IMG/VR virus record: IMGVR_UViG_3300025296_000086
Location: 1 to 30,130 of that record
Length of the DNA: 30,130 bases
Source of the DNA: a virus
Taxonomy: Duplodnaviria; Caudoviricetes
Strand: one strand, 5' to 3'
Under the pieces are notes generated by a model. The model did no database searches, was not told where the DNA came from, and saw only the letters and a program-made list of their open reading frames with translations. Of this stretch, positions 7,423 to 17,116 are shown piece after piece. The position numbers and the translations under genes were made by a program. Within the stretch, counting starts at the first letter, position 1. Each line of letters starts with the position of its first letter.

Positions 7423-7863
7423 TTGGCTCAAAGAAAGATCAGACGCATTAAACCAACTGAGGTAGACGAGTGCATTGCACTGGTAGGCTGGTTGAATGTC
7501 CACCATGTCGTCTTTACCCACATCCCAAACGAGGGCAATCTTCAACGTATGGGGCAACTCAAAAACATGGGACTACAACCGGGATTCCCCGACTACCTGA
7601 TATTCGACACGCCACCGGCCAGACCCCAGTTCAAAGGCCTAGCTATCGAAATTAAGTCAGAGAGGGGCAAGGCTACAGCGAATCAACATGGATGGCTGCT
7701 CAAGTTAGAGCGAAGAGGATACTACACGGCAGTGTGCAACTCAGCTGATAGCGCAGTAGAACTTTGCCTTGAGTTAGGTTACCACCGACTCCACATTGAT
7801 AGAAGAGACTACGATCCGCAAGCAACTGAGGGAGCAGTGTGGAGGAAGGGGAGGAAGAGATAG
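7423..7863 (+). CDS. VRR-NUC domain nuclease (resolvase-like)
   Basis: HIPNEG...GLQPGFPDYLI...LAIEIKSERGKATANQHGWL. Confidence 0.85.
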   Translation: MAQRKIRRIKPTEVDECIALVGWLNVHHVVFTHIPNEGNLQRMGQLKNMGLQPGFPDYLIFDTPPARPQFKGLAIEIKSERGKATANQHGWLLKLERRGYYTAVCNSADSAVELCLELGYHRLHIDRRDYDPQATEGAVWRKGRKR

Positions 7864-7870
7864 AACGGCT

Positions 7871-7942
7871 ATGATTTTCGGCAGCTTGTTTAGCGGCATT
7901 TACACGGGGCTTTGGCCCACGCCATCGACAGAGGATTACAAA
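7871..7942 (+). pseudogene. Possible deletion relic of a C5-cytosine methyltransferase
   Basis: MIFGSLFSGI (motif I-like start) joined directly to GLWPTPSTEDYK. Confidence 0.35.
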
Positions 7943-8124
7943 TGGAGGAATTATGCGAGTACGGGGATGACCATGAAGGATTGCCTCACGAGTGTCCATA
8001 TCAAGAACTGGTGCTGGGCAATGAATCGAAGTTCAGGTGCCAGTGCTGCCTGGACTGTCTTCGTGAGTGTGAGGGTAGAGCGGAAGAATCACTTGATGCG
8101 GAAGAATCAACGGAGATCTTCTGA
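7942..8124 (+). CDS. Small acidic Cys-rich hypothetical protein
   Basis: RBS GAGGA. MEELCEY...HECPY...CQCCLDCLREC. Confidence 0.55.
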   Translation: MEELCEYGDDHEGLPHECPYQELVLGNESKFRCQCCLDCLRECEGRAEESLDAEESTEIF

Positions 8125-8271
8125 AATTCAACGCGGGTGATTTGGATCGTACTGGCAATGGACGACGGGGGAGCCCTTTCAGGTACGTGATGGCCACTTC
8201 TTTGATGAATCTTGGGGACAATCCGCTTGGGGATTGTCGTCTTCAAGGGGGGATTGTTAAGGGGGGAAAAG

Positions 8272-8460
8272 ATTCTAGTCCTATTCTTATTCCCTATAGG
8301 GACGAGGAAACCCCGGAACTAGCGGGATTAGAAACAGGAAGGGGTAAAAAACCGTTGAAACACAAGGGGTAATACTAGTCCCACAAAGCCGGGACGAGAA
8401 CGGGACTAGAAAGGACGAGAAACGAGAATCGGAACTACCGGGACTAGAATCAGGGACAAG
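8272..8460. repeat. Cluster of GG(G)AC(T/G)AGAA-like repeats upstream of terS (candidate packaging/terminus region)
   Basis: Several direct copies (8391-8449), inverted copies at 8273-8281 and 8374-8382, and a 20-bp repeat at 8314-8333 / 8430-8449 (18/20 identical). Confidence 0.5.
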
Positions 8461-8465
8461 CAAAT

Positions 8466-8831
8466 ATGGGATTCGCGAAGGGCAATAAATACGGCAAGGG
8501 TGGTAAGCGGGAAGGGGCAGGGGCCAAGAGCAAGAAGGAGATCGCAAAGAAGCTCGAAACCGACCAGATTATACGCCAGAAGCTTGAGGAGCACCTTGAG
8601 GAGGTGGTGAGAGCGTACCTGGACAATGCGAAGGGCAGGTTCGAGACTCGCATTACCGAGAAGGGCGAGACCTACGAGCAGTTCATCATCGATCCGCCGA
8701 CGGCTCGGCACTTCATTGACAAGTTCCTCCCGGCAGCACGGCAAGAGATCGATGTGAATCATCGACACGCAGTGGTGATCCAGATGTTCGATGGCAACGA
8801 GCAACGCCGAAAACGACTTACCCACGATTAA
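8466..8831 (+). CDS. terS: Terminase small subunit (probable)
   Basis: FAKGNKYGKGGKREGAG N-terminus, size 121 aa, directly upstream of terL. Confidence 0.7.
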   Translation: MGFAKGNKYGKGGKREGAGAKSKKEIAKKLETDQIIRQKLEEHLEEVVRAYLDNAKGRFETRITEKGETYEQFIIDPPTARHFIDKFLPAARQEIDVNHRHAVVIQMFDGNEQRRKRLTHD

Positions 8832-10284
8832 GTACCATCCTGGTCCGGTAGCTCAAGCAGCACACCTGTCCATGGCGATGGTTAAACTCGCCTGGGGTCC
8901 GCTGGGTACTGCCAAGACCACCTGGCTATGCTGGCGGTTCCTCTACCTCGCTCAGATGGCTGCGGACGCAGGGATCAGCCTCGAAGGGTTGATCGTTCGC
9001 GACACCTATCGCAACCTCGCCGACAGTACTCTCAAGACATTCCTCTCCTGGTTCCCAGAGGGAATGTGCGGCTACAAGAGCAAATCAGAGCCGTGCGACT
9101 ACCAGCTCTGGGTTGGTGGCCGGTATCACTCGCTGTCGTTCAGGCATGGCCAGACAGAACAGGATGCGTCCATGTTTCTCTCCAGGGAGTACGACTACAT
9201 CGCGCTGGAGGAGATCGCACCCGCTTACTTACCGGGCGAGGAGAAGGTCTCACCTGGGATCGCGGAAGGCGTGTTCGACATGGCCATCGCGAGGTTGACC
9301 CGTGACCGCAAACGGGCCAAGGCAATCGGCGGCGGTGAGCTGGCGATGAGCTGCAACTCTCCACCGCTCACGCACTGGGCCAGCAAGCGCATCATCGACA
9401 AGTCACCTGAGTACCTCCGATCCCTCAACTGGGCGCACTGGATGTTCCCTGTGAGCGATAACGCGGCCAACCTGAGGGAGGACTACTACTCGACCCTGGA
9501 GAAGGCCTGGGAAGGCAAACGCGCTCTCATACAGCGGTTCCTACGCGGGGAGCGGATCGCGGTGTTCGTCGGGGTGCCGAGGTTCAACATCGATGCCCTG
9601 GACCGATTGGTGGAATTGACCGAGGAGCCACGTTTCAGGGGATGGATGACCCCAACCATGGGTAACCTGCTCCACGTTCGCCTGGAGGAGAATGCGGAAG
9701 GCTGGGTGCGTATGTGGGAGCCTCCCAAGGCCTCAGGGCGGTACGTGATCGGGGCTGATGCGGCAGCTGGCCTGGAGGGCGGCGATTACTCGTCGGCGCA
9801 CGTTCTCAACGCAGAGGATCTCACCATCGCGGCGACGTTCCATGGCCACCTCGAACCGTCGAAGTTCAGTGACGAGCTGGCGAAGCTGGGCTACAGCTAC
9901 AACCGGGCGATGATCGGGATCGAGACCGAGCCGTCGGCGCACGGGTTGACCACGGCAACGAAGCTACGGGATGGAGGATACCCGCGTCTTTACTACACCA
10001 AGCAGCTGGCATCGAGAACGAAGAGACCGATCTCGCGGATCGGGTGGAACTCAACGCCGGGAACCAAGCGGGTGCTGATCGATGGCCTGGCCAACTACCT
10101 GGACGATGGCGGCGAAGTGATAGACCGGGATACCATCAGCGAATTAATGACCTACGGCGTGATGGAGAACGGCAAGATGGAGGCCCAGGGGGGATGCCAC
10201 GATGATAAAGTCATTTCATTGGCGTTAGCGATCTATTTAAGTCACCACACAGGGCTGAGTCGCCTTTACCCAAGTTTAAAATGA
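8791..10284 (+). CDS. terL: Terminase large subunit
   Basis: Walker A-like GPLGTAKT, Walker B YIALEE, SCNSP coupling motif, nuclease motifs YVIGADAAAG and HDDKVISLA. Confidence 0.93.
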   Translation: MATSNAENDLPTIKYHPGPVAQAAHLSMAMVKLAWGPLGTAKTTWLCWRFLYLAQMAADAGISLEGLIVRDTYRNLADSTLKTFLSWFPEGMCGYKSKSEPCDYQLWVGGRYHSLSFRHGQTEQDASMFLSREYDYIALEEIAPAYLPGEEKVSPGIAEGVFDMAIARLTRDRKRAKAIGGGELAMSCNSPPLTHWASKRIIDKSPEYLRSLNWAHWMFPVSDNAANLREDYYSTLEKAWEGKRALIQRFLRGERIAVFVGVPRFNIDALDRLVELTEEPRFRGWMTPTMGNLLHVRLEENAEGWVRMWEPPKASGRYVIGADAAAGLEGGDYSSAHVLNAEDLTIAATFHGHLEPSKFSDELAKLGYSYNRAMIGIETEPSAHGLTTATKLRDGGYPRLYYTKQLASRTKRPISRIGWNSTPGTKRVLIDGLANYLDDGGEVIDRDTISELMTYGVMENGKMEAQGGCHDDKVISLALAIYLSHHTGLSRLYPSLK

Positions 10285-10490
10285 TCTATACACACATCAA
10301 CCAAAAAGGCATGACCAAAGAGGAGTACCAATCCGCTGTTAAATGTGTGTGCCCGATTCACGGGGGAATCACGGGCAATCAGCTTTATGTATGGCAGATA
10401 CAGATCCCGAACCGTAAACCGTACTTTAAAGCACAGTGCAAAGCGTGTCACGGTGAAAGGAGGATTCAACCATGGGCTGTAATTTTATGA
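10281..10490 (+). CDS. Small zinc-binding hypothetical protein
   Basis: ATGA coupling. CPIH...CKAC. Confidence 0.55.
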   Translation: MIYTHINQKGMTKEEYQSAVKCVCPIHGGITGNQLYVWQIQIPNRKPYFKAQCKACHGERRIQPWAVIL

Positions 10491-10711
10491 CACTCCCCGG
10501 AGGCGGCACAGTGATTGTTTGCGGACCTCGTGGGAGATCATCCCCTTGTCAGGTCGAAGGATGCTCAAAGCCTCACACTGTCCTGTGTGACGGGAACGTA
10601 GGCATCAGGAAAACGTGCGACATGAGGTTGTGCAACGACCACCGTGCCCACGTTGGCCCGGATCGAGACCTTTGTCCGAATCATACTCAACAAACAGACT
10701 TGGGACTCTAA
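10472..10711 (+). CDS. Small Cys-rich zinc-finger protein
   Basis: CQVEGC...LCD...TCDMRLCNDH...DLCPNH. Confidence 0.65.
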   Translation: MGCNFMTLPGGGTVIVCGPRGRSSPCQVEGCSKPHTVLCDGNVGIRKTCDMRLCNDHRAHVGPDRDLCPNHTQQTDLGL

Positions 10712-10728
10712 CAGAAAGGACTAATCCA

Positions 10729-11552
10729 ATGGTCAAAATGGCCCAGTTACACAAATTCAAGTACTTAGAAGGGGAAACCCTACCAGAGGACTTAGAGGAT
10801 CCAGAGATCTGGAGACCGAGAGGAATTTAGAGGATTTAAAGGACCGTGAGGAGCACACTAATAAAACCCATCTCCGCACCCTCAGAGGACTCAGGAAAGA
10901 GGAATCGGGGGACGAAGAGCCGGTTCCCGATAGGGAACCAGAGGGCTATGAAGACCTCGATCAGATCCCCACGGACCTTCCCCTGGACGAGTACACCATG
11001 CGTGGTCACCGGTCCCCCCATACTGACGGGCCTGATCACGATGAAACCTGGCGGTCAGAGATATGGGAGTTCACCCGGTTTATGAAGCGACACCCTACAT
11101 TGCGAAACCTCAACGGTAGCCAGGCCGCGAACATCATCCCCTGGCACCTTACTGACTTTGACGGGAACGAGCAGTTTCAGATCGTAAACGAGTGGGACGC
11201 GATACGCTACGTGGCCGGTGAGGGTCCTCTCAACAAGGCACTAGCCCTTGCAGTGAAATTCCCGGTTCCCCGCAAGACTAACCTCACTCGCAGGTTTACC
11301 CGCTACGTCGAGTTCTTGAGTCTCGCTGGGTGGCTCCAGGTTGTGGTGGGTGAAGATAGCCCGATCTATCTACCGCAGCGTAAAGTGTCGGGGATCTTCC
11401 ATTGTGACCGTAGCAAAATTCAGAACCTCACCCGCGTTGCGAGAAGAGAGGGCTACCTAACGGTTGTTCATCCACACAGTGCGCATACGGCGACTAGGTT
11501 TAAATTTGAGTTGGATAAATTTCCGGGTCACTTCCGGTCGGGCAAAACATAG
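10729..11552 (+). CDS. Hypothetical protein with C-terminal winged helix, probably frameshifted near 10800-10826
   Basis: RBS AAAGGA plus ATG 10729 gives only 33 aa. The -1 frame is open from 10725 to 11552, with first ATG at 10998. C-terminus LPQRKVSGIFHCDRSKIQ...ARREGYL. Confidence 0.5.
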
Positions 11553-11611
11553 AGGGAGTTCCAGGGGGGGTAGGATGACAGAGGCTTGACGGCAGTGGGG
11601 GCGAGCAGCAG

Positions 11612-11827
11612 GTGATCAACGTCATCGAGAAGCTCCACTTCACGGTCGGTGATGTGCTCGTGCTGCACCATGAGGCGAACACCGATCTGAACGCCGCGGA
11701 GCTGGCGGTGAACGCGGTCCTTGGCGGTTTGCCGTTTGTCGTTCCGTATATTTTTATAGACAAGGGGCAAGAAATCAGTAAACTAAGCCGCGAAGATCTG
11801 GAGCGTGTCTTGAAGGCAATGCCATGA
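11612..11827 (+). CDS. Hypothetical protein
   Basis: 71 aa, coupled (ATGA) to the HNH gene. Confidence 0.55.
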   Translation: MINVIEKLHFTVGDVLVLHHEANTDLNAAELAVNAVLGGLPFVVPYIFIDKGQEISKLSREDLERVLKAMP

Positions 11828-12240
11828 TAACCCTGGAGAAATTCGAGCAGAAGTACATCCCTGAACCGAATTCAGGTTGCTGGTTGTGGACAGCGGGAGT
11901 CTCGCCGTTGGGCTACGGCCAGTGCTCAGACGGTCCATACGGGGAACGTCGGACTCAATATGCCCACCGCGTAGCATACGAACTTTTCAAGGGACCGATC
12001 CCGGCTGGTATCGGATTGGATCACTTGTGCAGGGTCCGTAGCTGCGTGAACCCCGACCACCTTGAGCCAGTATCGCAACGCACCAACTTGATGCGGGGTC
12101 GCACGTTGGCCGCACGATTCGCAGCTCAAACGCATTGTGTCCATGGTCATCCATTCGATGAGACGAACACTCGTCGGACCAAAAAAGGACGCGAGTGCTT
12201 GGCCTGTCGGCAAGTGTGGGACAAGGGGCGAATTCGATGA
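11824..12240 (+). CDS. HNH homing endonuclease
   Basis: CWLWT...GYG...AHRVAYE...DHLCRVRSCVNPDHL, with C-terminal THCVHGH...RECLAC. Confidence 0.92.
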   Translation: MITLEKFEQKYIPEPNSGCWLWTAGVSPLGYGQCSDGPYGERRTQYAHRVAYELFKGPIPAGIGLDHLCRVRSCVNPDHLEPVSQRTNLMRGRTLAARFAAQTHCVHGHPFDETNTRRTKKGRECLACRQVWDKGRIR

Positions 12241-12827
12241 TCCTTGGCTACAAGAAGAACCTGCCGGGTACGGATGCGTACTGGTTCGGCGATGTGGGCG
12301 ATGAGCAGAAGCAGTTCATCCGCGTATGCTGCGGCCTTGCGCTTCCCCAGTTCGACAAGTCCAACGGTGGCCTGGTGGTGATCGCAGAAGAGCTGCGTCC
12401 ATCCGGGTTCCAAGACTTCACCGCAGTGGGCGGCACGATTGGCGATTGGCCGACGATAGAGAACGCACTCATCCAGTACAGGATGGATCTCAAGTTCAGT
12501 CACATCATAACGGAGAAGACTCAGGGGCGGCAGCTCATCTGGCGAATGCCGAAACTCAACTACGGGACCGGGGAGATCCCGCTCGTGACGTACGAGGCCC
12601 CGGCGTATGCGTTCGAGGAGCTGGGCCGTCAGAAGGTGGAGGGCATGATCGCCCAAGACCGCCTCCACCTCGAAGAGGTGCGCGCCGACCTGGAAGAGGA
12701 GACCGAGACAGCCGGGAAGGCACTCCAGGCGGTTGTGTGCTGGATGTTAGGAAATAAAGCTATCTACGCATCGAACGTAAAGAAGCGCGAACCGCTACGT
12801 GCGGTATGGGGATTGCAAGGATTATGA
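12237..12827 (+). CDS. Hypothetical protein, possibly RNase H-like fold
   Basis: ATGA coupling, 196 aa. Alpha/beta pattern IRVCCGLALP...GGLVVIAEE. Confidence 0.65.
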   Translation: MILGYKKNLPGTDAYWFGDVGDEQKQFIRVCCGLALPQFDKSNGGLVVIAEELRPSGFQDFTAVGGTIGDWPTIENALIQYRMDLKFSHIITEKTQGRQLIWRMPKLNYGTGEIPLVTYEAPAYAFEELGRQKVEGMIAQDRLHLEEVRADLEEETETAGKALQAVVCWMLGNKAIYASNVKKREPLRAVWGLQGL

Positions 12828-13156
12828 AAATAACATTGCAAGGTGCAGCAAACTCTAAGGCGGAAGCGGATGAAAAGCGGTTAACATGGGAAACTATCCC
12901 CGTCAAAAAGAAACGGGCGAAGGGAAAGAAGAAGCCGGTCCCTCCGCGAATGAGTTACTTAGACTTCTGTAAGGTGAATCTACGGGAAGAAATCCATCGA
13001 GTATGGGGCCAGTTAGAGAGGGAAGATGAAATAATCAATGCAATTATAGAGCAACCAACAAAGATTCCCCATGACATTCGTGCGATGGCAGTAGCGGTTG
13101 AGTACGAGTTGTTGACTGAGGCTTTAACCGCCAGAGTGCGCAATTGGGATGTTTAA
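12824..13156 (+). CDS. Hypothetical protein
   Basis: ATGA coupling, 110 aa. Confidence 0.6.
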   Translation: MKITLQGAANSKAEADEKRLTWETIPVKKKRAKGKKKPVPPRMSYLDFCKVNLREEIHRVWGQLEREDEIINAIIEQPTKIPHDIRAMAVAVEYELLTEALTARVRNWDV

Positions 13157-13387
13157 GTGAGCATGGCAGAGCAACCTAAAATCGAGAACCTATCAGGGGA
13201 TACAGGCCACGGTAGCGACGATGCGTTACTCAAGTCGAAGACCCGCCAACTGATGGAGAAGTACTGGGGTCCGCACGAGCAGCAAGAGGAGAGAATGGAT
13301 AAGCTTGCAAAGGAGAACCCGAATGTTCAGGTTCGAGTTGAAAGACGGCGTAAAGGTCGGGGAACCGTTCGTAGTCGGCGCACATGA
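13157..13387 (+). CDS. Hypothetical protein
   Basis: Abuts the upstream stop. Overlaps the next ORF by 65 bp. Confidence 0.45.
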   Translation: MSMAEQPKIENLSGDTGHGSDDALLKSKTRQLMEKYWGPHEQQEERMDKLAKENPNVQVRVERRRKGRGTVRSRRT

Positions 13388-13538
13388 GAAGTGTCACTGT
13401 TCGAGTGAAGAGGTGCTCGTGGCGAACAGTATGCTGATCGAGGCTGACTACGTGACCCTGGAGAAGCGGTGCTCGAATTGTAACGTGATCGAGTACAGCG
13501 GCACGACGATAGTGATAGGCAATGAGCTTCACTCTTGA
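13323..13538 (+). CDS. Small zinc-ribbon hypothetical protein
   Basis: RBS AAGGAG. CHC...CSNC. Confidence 0.55.
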   Translation: MFRFELKDGVKVGEPFVVGAHEKCHCSSEEVLVANSMLIEADYVTLEKRCSNCNVIEYSGTTIVIGNELHS

Positions 13539-13911
13539 AGACTTAAAGGAGTGCTCATGCGTGGCTTGTGGCAGGGGATCGAATGTCACCAAGCTTCGCC
13601 GGTTGAACCCGTCGGGCAACTCGTACGTGTGTTCGAGCTGCGAGATCCGGTTCGGCAGAGAGAAGCTCCAGGCCGAGTTCGACAGGCAGTTGGGCAAAGC
13701 GGTGGGAGTGAAGCCGACACTGAGGAGCTGCGTACGCGGTTGCGGTAGGCCGGTGTTTATGAAACCTGGCGGCAATCTCCCTGCATACTGCTCCCAGTGC
13801 GAAGAGGAATGGAGACAGCTGCAACGATCCGCGAGGAGCGAACGGGAGTACCGCAAGAGGCACGGGAAGCGAACCCAACTCGATATTGTTGATGAGAGTC
13901 AAGGGAAGTAA
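13522..13911 (+). CDS. Multi-zinc-finger hypothetical protein
   Basis: CVAC, CSSC, CVRGC, CSQC. Confidence 0.65.
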   Translation: MSFTLEDLKECSCVACGRGSNVTKLRRLNPSGNSYVCSSCEIRFGREKLQAEFDRQLGKAVGVKPTLRSCVRGCGRPVFMKPGGNLPAYCSQCEEEWRQLQRSARSEREYRKRHGKRTQLDIVDESQGK

Positions 13912-13986
13912 GACGGCAGATGCTCCGTGGTCCGCAGAGGATCATTACGGGGATGGAGTTGAAATAAAAACAAGGGGGATACGTTT

Positions 13987-14328
13987 ATGGCCGTATCGAC
14001 AGAGAGATGGAGAAACGCAACGCTCACGATTGCCAATGGTGGGACAGAGACCGACGAGCTGGACCTGGGGTTAAACGGTGCTAGGAGGCAGATGGCAATG
14101 ACGATTCACGGCCCGTCGGCACTGACCGGTACGGTCAAGGTTCAAATTTCCAACGCCACTGGTGGAACCTACCGCGATCTCCAAACCAGCGGTGGCGCGG
14201 ACATCAATATCGGTGCCGGTAACTCGGTGACCATTGATCCCCTGATTGGTGCGGCCCTGAAGCTGGTGTCCGATGGAGCTGAGGGGGCGGAGCGCACATT
14301 CCACATCCAGGGCAACGCGAAGAGCTGA
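13987..14328 (+). CDS. Beta-rich probable virion protein
   Basis: 113 aa, G/T/A-rich, TGATG coupling to the portal gene. Confidence 0.7.
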   Translation: MAVSTERWRNATLTIANGGTETDELDLGLNGARRQMAMTIHGPSALTGTVKVQISNATGGTYRDLQTSGGADINIGAGNSVTIDPLIGAALKLVSDGAEGAERTFHIQGNAKS

Positions 14329-16346
14329 TGGCACAAGAATTCGTAGGGGCCAGCAACCCGCAGGGGGGCAGTATCAGGGAGACCGATCAGCCCATGGAAA
14401 CTAGGTTGGCCCATGGGACGACCCTCCACCAAGAGATCATCTCGCGCCTGATCGCTCGACGGCAGCTGTCCGAGAGAGTGGTCAGCAATAGGGCCGACGA
14501 TTGGAACCGGGTGGACGAGCATCTGAGAATGTACATCGACCTGGGCCGACAGGCGAAGAAGGGCGATGGGTCGGTAAACGCAAACAAGAAGGAGATGCCC
14601 TGGGAGCGGTCCATCGTGGTGCCACTGTCGTACGCCATCGAACAGGTTCACAAGACGGAGTTGATGGGTATATTCATGCGCCAAGACCCGATCCTGAAGG
14701 TGATGGGGGTTGGTTCCGAGGATGTCGAGCCAGCAAAGATGATGCAAGCGGTCCTGGGCTACGACCAGGAACAGACGGCGTTGCCTCTCCAGGTGTTTAG
14801 CGGGGTGGGGGATTCCATCCGGTACGGCCAGGGAACATTTTATGTCAGCTTCGAGAAGGAGATGGGCTGGAAGCACTGGTCAGCACCGTCGAAGTTCCAG
14901 GCCATACTACAGGCCATGAAGATGCCGACCCAGAGAAGGAGCTGGGAGACCCTCCGCGAGTACAGTCTGATCCATACCGTGGACCCGTTTCTGAGATGGC
15001 GCGATCCCCGCGTATCCATTGCCGATCTCCAGAAGGGGGAGTTTAGCGGTCACCGGGTCTACCGAGGATCGATGTGGATCAAGGAGCGTGACAAAAGGAA
15101 CGGCGGCGTTTACTTTAACGTCGATAAGATCAGCAAGGTTGCAGCTGGGGGTGCCAGGCAGACCTCCAGGGGTCGCGGGAGCTTCGGCAGAACAATCAAT
15201 AAGTTCGATATCTCCAGGTTCAGAATGACCGGCAGCGTGGACGAGCTTGACCACGGTTTCCATGCCATCGACCATCTCCAAGTGAAACTGATCCCCAAGG
15301 AATGGAAACTCGGACCCGGCACCCTGCCAGAAATCTGGTGGTTCTCGTGGATCGATGATCAGGTGATTATTCGGGCGCACCGCACCGAGTACGAACACGA
15401 GAAATTCACTTACGCAGAGGCCGAGGCGCACCCAGATCCGCACGTAGGTGAGAACCCAGGATTGATCGAGAATCTCGATGGAATTCAGCGATTTATGAAC
15501 TGGATCTTCAACTCCCATATTCAAAATGTAATGCGGCACTTAAACAACTCCATGGCCTACGGGCCGAGCTTTGTGGAGGAAGCCGATCTGTTTGATCGGG
15601 ATGCCGGTGGCCATTTCCGCCTCTCCCAGCTGGGGGAGCAGATGCTCATGGAGGGGCGGCTTTCCATCGACCAGATGATGCACCAGATGAACCTGTCCGA
15701 CGTTACCCGGCCTATGCTGCAAGACAATCAGGTTCTCATGGATATGGCTCTCAGGATGATGGCGGTATCGGAGACTAGTCAGGCCAGGGCCACCACTCAA
15801 AGACGTACTCTAGGGGAGAATAAGCTCATTCAGGCGGGTGCTGGTAAGAGGATGGTCCTACACGCCGTCCTGTTCGATATCATGGCGTTCGGCCCAATGG
15901 CCCGGCAGCTGATATCCAACCGCCAGCAATTCACCGAGATGGAGCAATTTTTGAGGATCAGCGGGGATCTCGCCCGTGAGGTGGGTGGAATGTCCATGAC
16001 GGTGCGCCCCGATGACCTGCACGGGAACTTCGACTACGTGGGACGGTCTGCGGTGATGCCACCGGATGCCCAGGATCTCCCTGAAGTCTGGGACAGGATC
16101 GGAGCGCAACTCTCTCAGAACCCCATGCTCCTTCAGCCACGGGCTGACGGCAAGATGCTCGACATTCACGAGCTGTTCAAGGAGGGCGTGGAGGCCACCG
16201 GGGTGCGTAACATCGAATCGTTTTACAAAGACCCCAGCCAGATCCAGCAAATGCCCCAGGCTCCTCCGGTAACGGTCCTCCCCGACGAGGAAGTGGCCCG
16301 GCAGCAACAAGCGGGGGATATTATCCCGGCCAACGAGGCGGCATGA
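14328..16346 (+). CDS. Portal protein (podovirus-type)
   Basis: 672 aa, lies between terL and scaffold/capsid. DSIRYGQG and VDPF..W.DP motifs, Q/P-rich C-terminus. Confidence 0.85.
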   Translation: MAQEFVGASNPQGGSIRETDQPMETRLAHGTTLHQEIISRLIARRQLSERVVSNRADDWNRVDEHLRMYIDLGRQAKKGDGSVNANKKEMPWERSIVVPLSYAIEQVHKTELMGIFMRQDPILKVMGVGSEDVEPAKMMQAVLGYDQEQTALPLQVFSGVGDSIRYGQGTFYVSFEKEMGWKHWSAPSKFQAILQAMKMPTQRRSWETLREYSLIHTVDPFLRWRDPRVSIADLQKGEFSGHRVYRGSMWIKERDKRNGGVYFNVDKISKVAAGGARQTSRGRGSFGRTINKFDISRFRMTGSVDELDHGFHAIDHLQVKLIPKEWKLGPGTLPEIWWFSWIDDQVIIRAHRTEYEHEKFTYAEAEAHPDPHVGENPGLIENLDGIQRFMNWIFNSHIQNVMRHLNNSMAYGPSFVEEADLFDRDAGGHFRLSQLGEQMLMEGRLSIDQMMHQMNLSDVTRPMLQDNQVLMDMALRMMAVSETSQARATTQRRTLGENKLIQAGAGKRMVLHAVLFDIMAFGPMARQLISNRQQFTEMEQFLRISGDLAREVGGMSMTVRPDDLHGNFDYVGRSAVMPPDAQDLPEVWDRIGAQLSQNPMLLQPRADGKMLDIHELFKEGVEATGVRNIESFYKDPSQIQQMPQAPPVTVLPDEEVARQQQAGDIIPANEAA

Positions 16347-16822
16347 CTGAATTCGAGAGGTCTATCCGTCAAGCAATTGATCGCTGGAATGATCTAGGAT
16401 CTTCGTCTGGCTTGATCTTGGGGGAGTGTCAGAATGTGGGGTGCCGAAATGAAAGCGTGAAGGTAGAAGTTAAGTGGTACACTGGACAGGAGTATCCCAA
16501 ACCCAAGATTTTTAGATGCCCTCTGTGTGGACAGAAGTGTAGAGTAACCGCAGTTTTCACGGGACCAGAAGTTGAACTCAGAAACAAGAGAAAACGCGAA
16601 GAGTGGCTCCGATTACTGATTGCGGACGCAAAAAAAACCACTTACCCGATGTGGAGCCGATGGGTGTCTCGAATGAAACGGGGCGACGATCTGATAAAGG
16701 ATTTGCTGGTCGATGAAACAATGAATCTCAATGAAATTGTTTTACGGATAGCCTTTATTAAACGATACGGGCCTCGCATCCTTGCTAACGAAATCGCCCG
16801 ACAACATATCAAAAATGACTGA
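16343..16822 (+). CDS. Zinc-ribbon hypothetical protein
   Basis: ATGA coupling. CQNVGC...CPLCG. Lower GC than the portal gene. Confidence 0.6.
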   Translation: MTEFERSIRQAIDRWNDLGSSSGLILGECQNVGCRNESVKVEVKWYTGQEYPKPKIFRCPLCGQKCRVTAVFTGPEVELRNKRKREEWLRLLIADAKKTTYPMWSRWVSRMKRGDDLIKDLLVDETMNLNEIVLRIAFIKRYGPRILANEIARQHIKND

Positions 16823-17114
16823 AGATCCAGTAACTCGATCAATAGAAGCGAAGAAGACGAAGCTAAAACTCCTTGAGACCACTTACAAACGCGCCCTGGA
16901 GCTGATCAAGTCCGAGGAGTGGACAGAGAAGCGAGAAAAGGCCCTGGAGAGGGTCGGTAGGCTAGTGAGATCGTACCAGGGAGGTGAGGCGACCCAGGCG
17001 ATCTACATCATGGGCCAGGTCAGAGAGATAATTAGCGAGGCAGACGGTCCCTTACAGGTCATTCGGGAGTATGAAAGTGAGCGGAAATCTCTTCAGGAAC
17101 TAAACAAGAGGTAG
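16815..17114 (+). CDS. Helical hypothetical protein (post-portal position)
   Basis: 99 aa, coiled-coil character. Confidence 0.65.
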   Translation: MTEDPVTRSIEAKKTKLKLLETTYKRALELIKSEEWTEKREKALERVGRLVRSYQGGEATQAIYIMGQVREIISEADGPLQVIREYESERKSLQELNKR

Positions 17115-17116
17115 CA

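Noticed and set aside
14169-16310. Long minus-strand ORFs across the portal gene
   Set aside because: Antisense shadows typical of GC-rich coding DNA.
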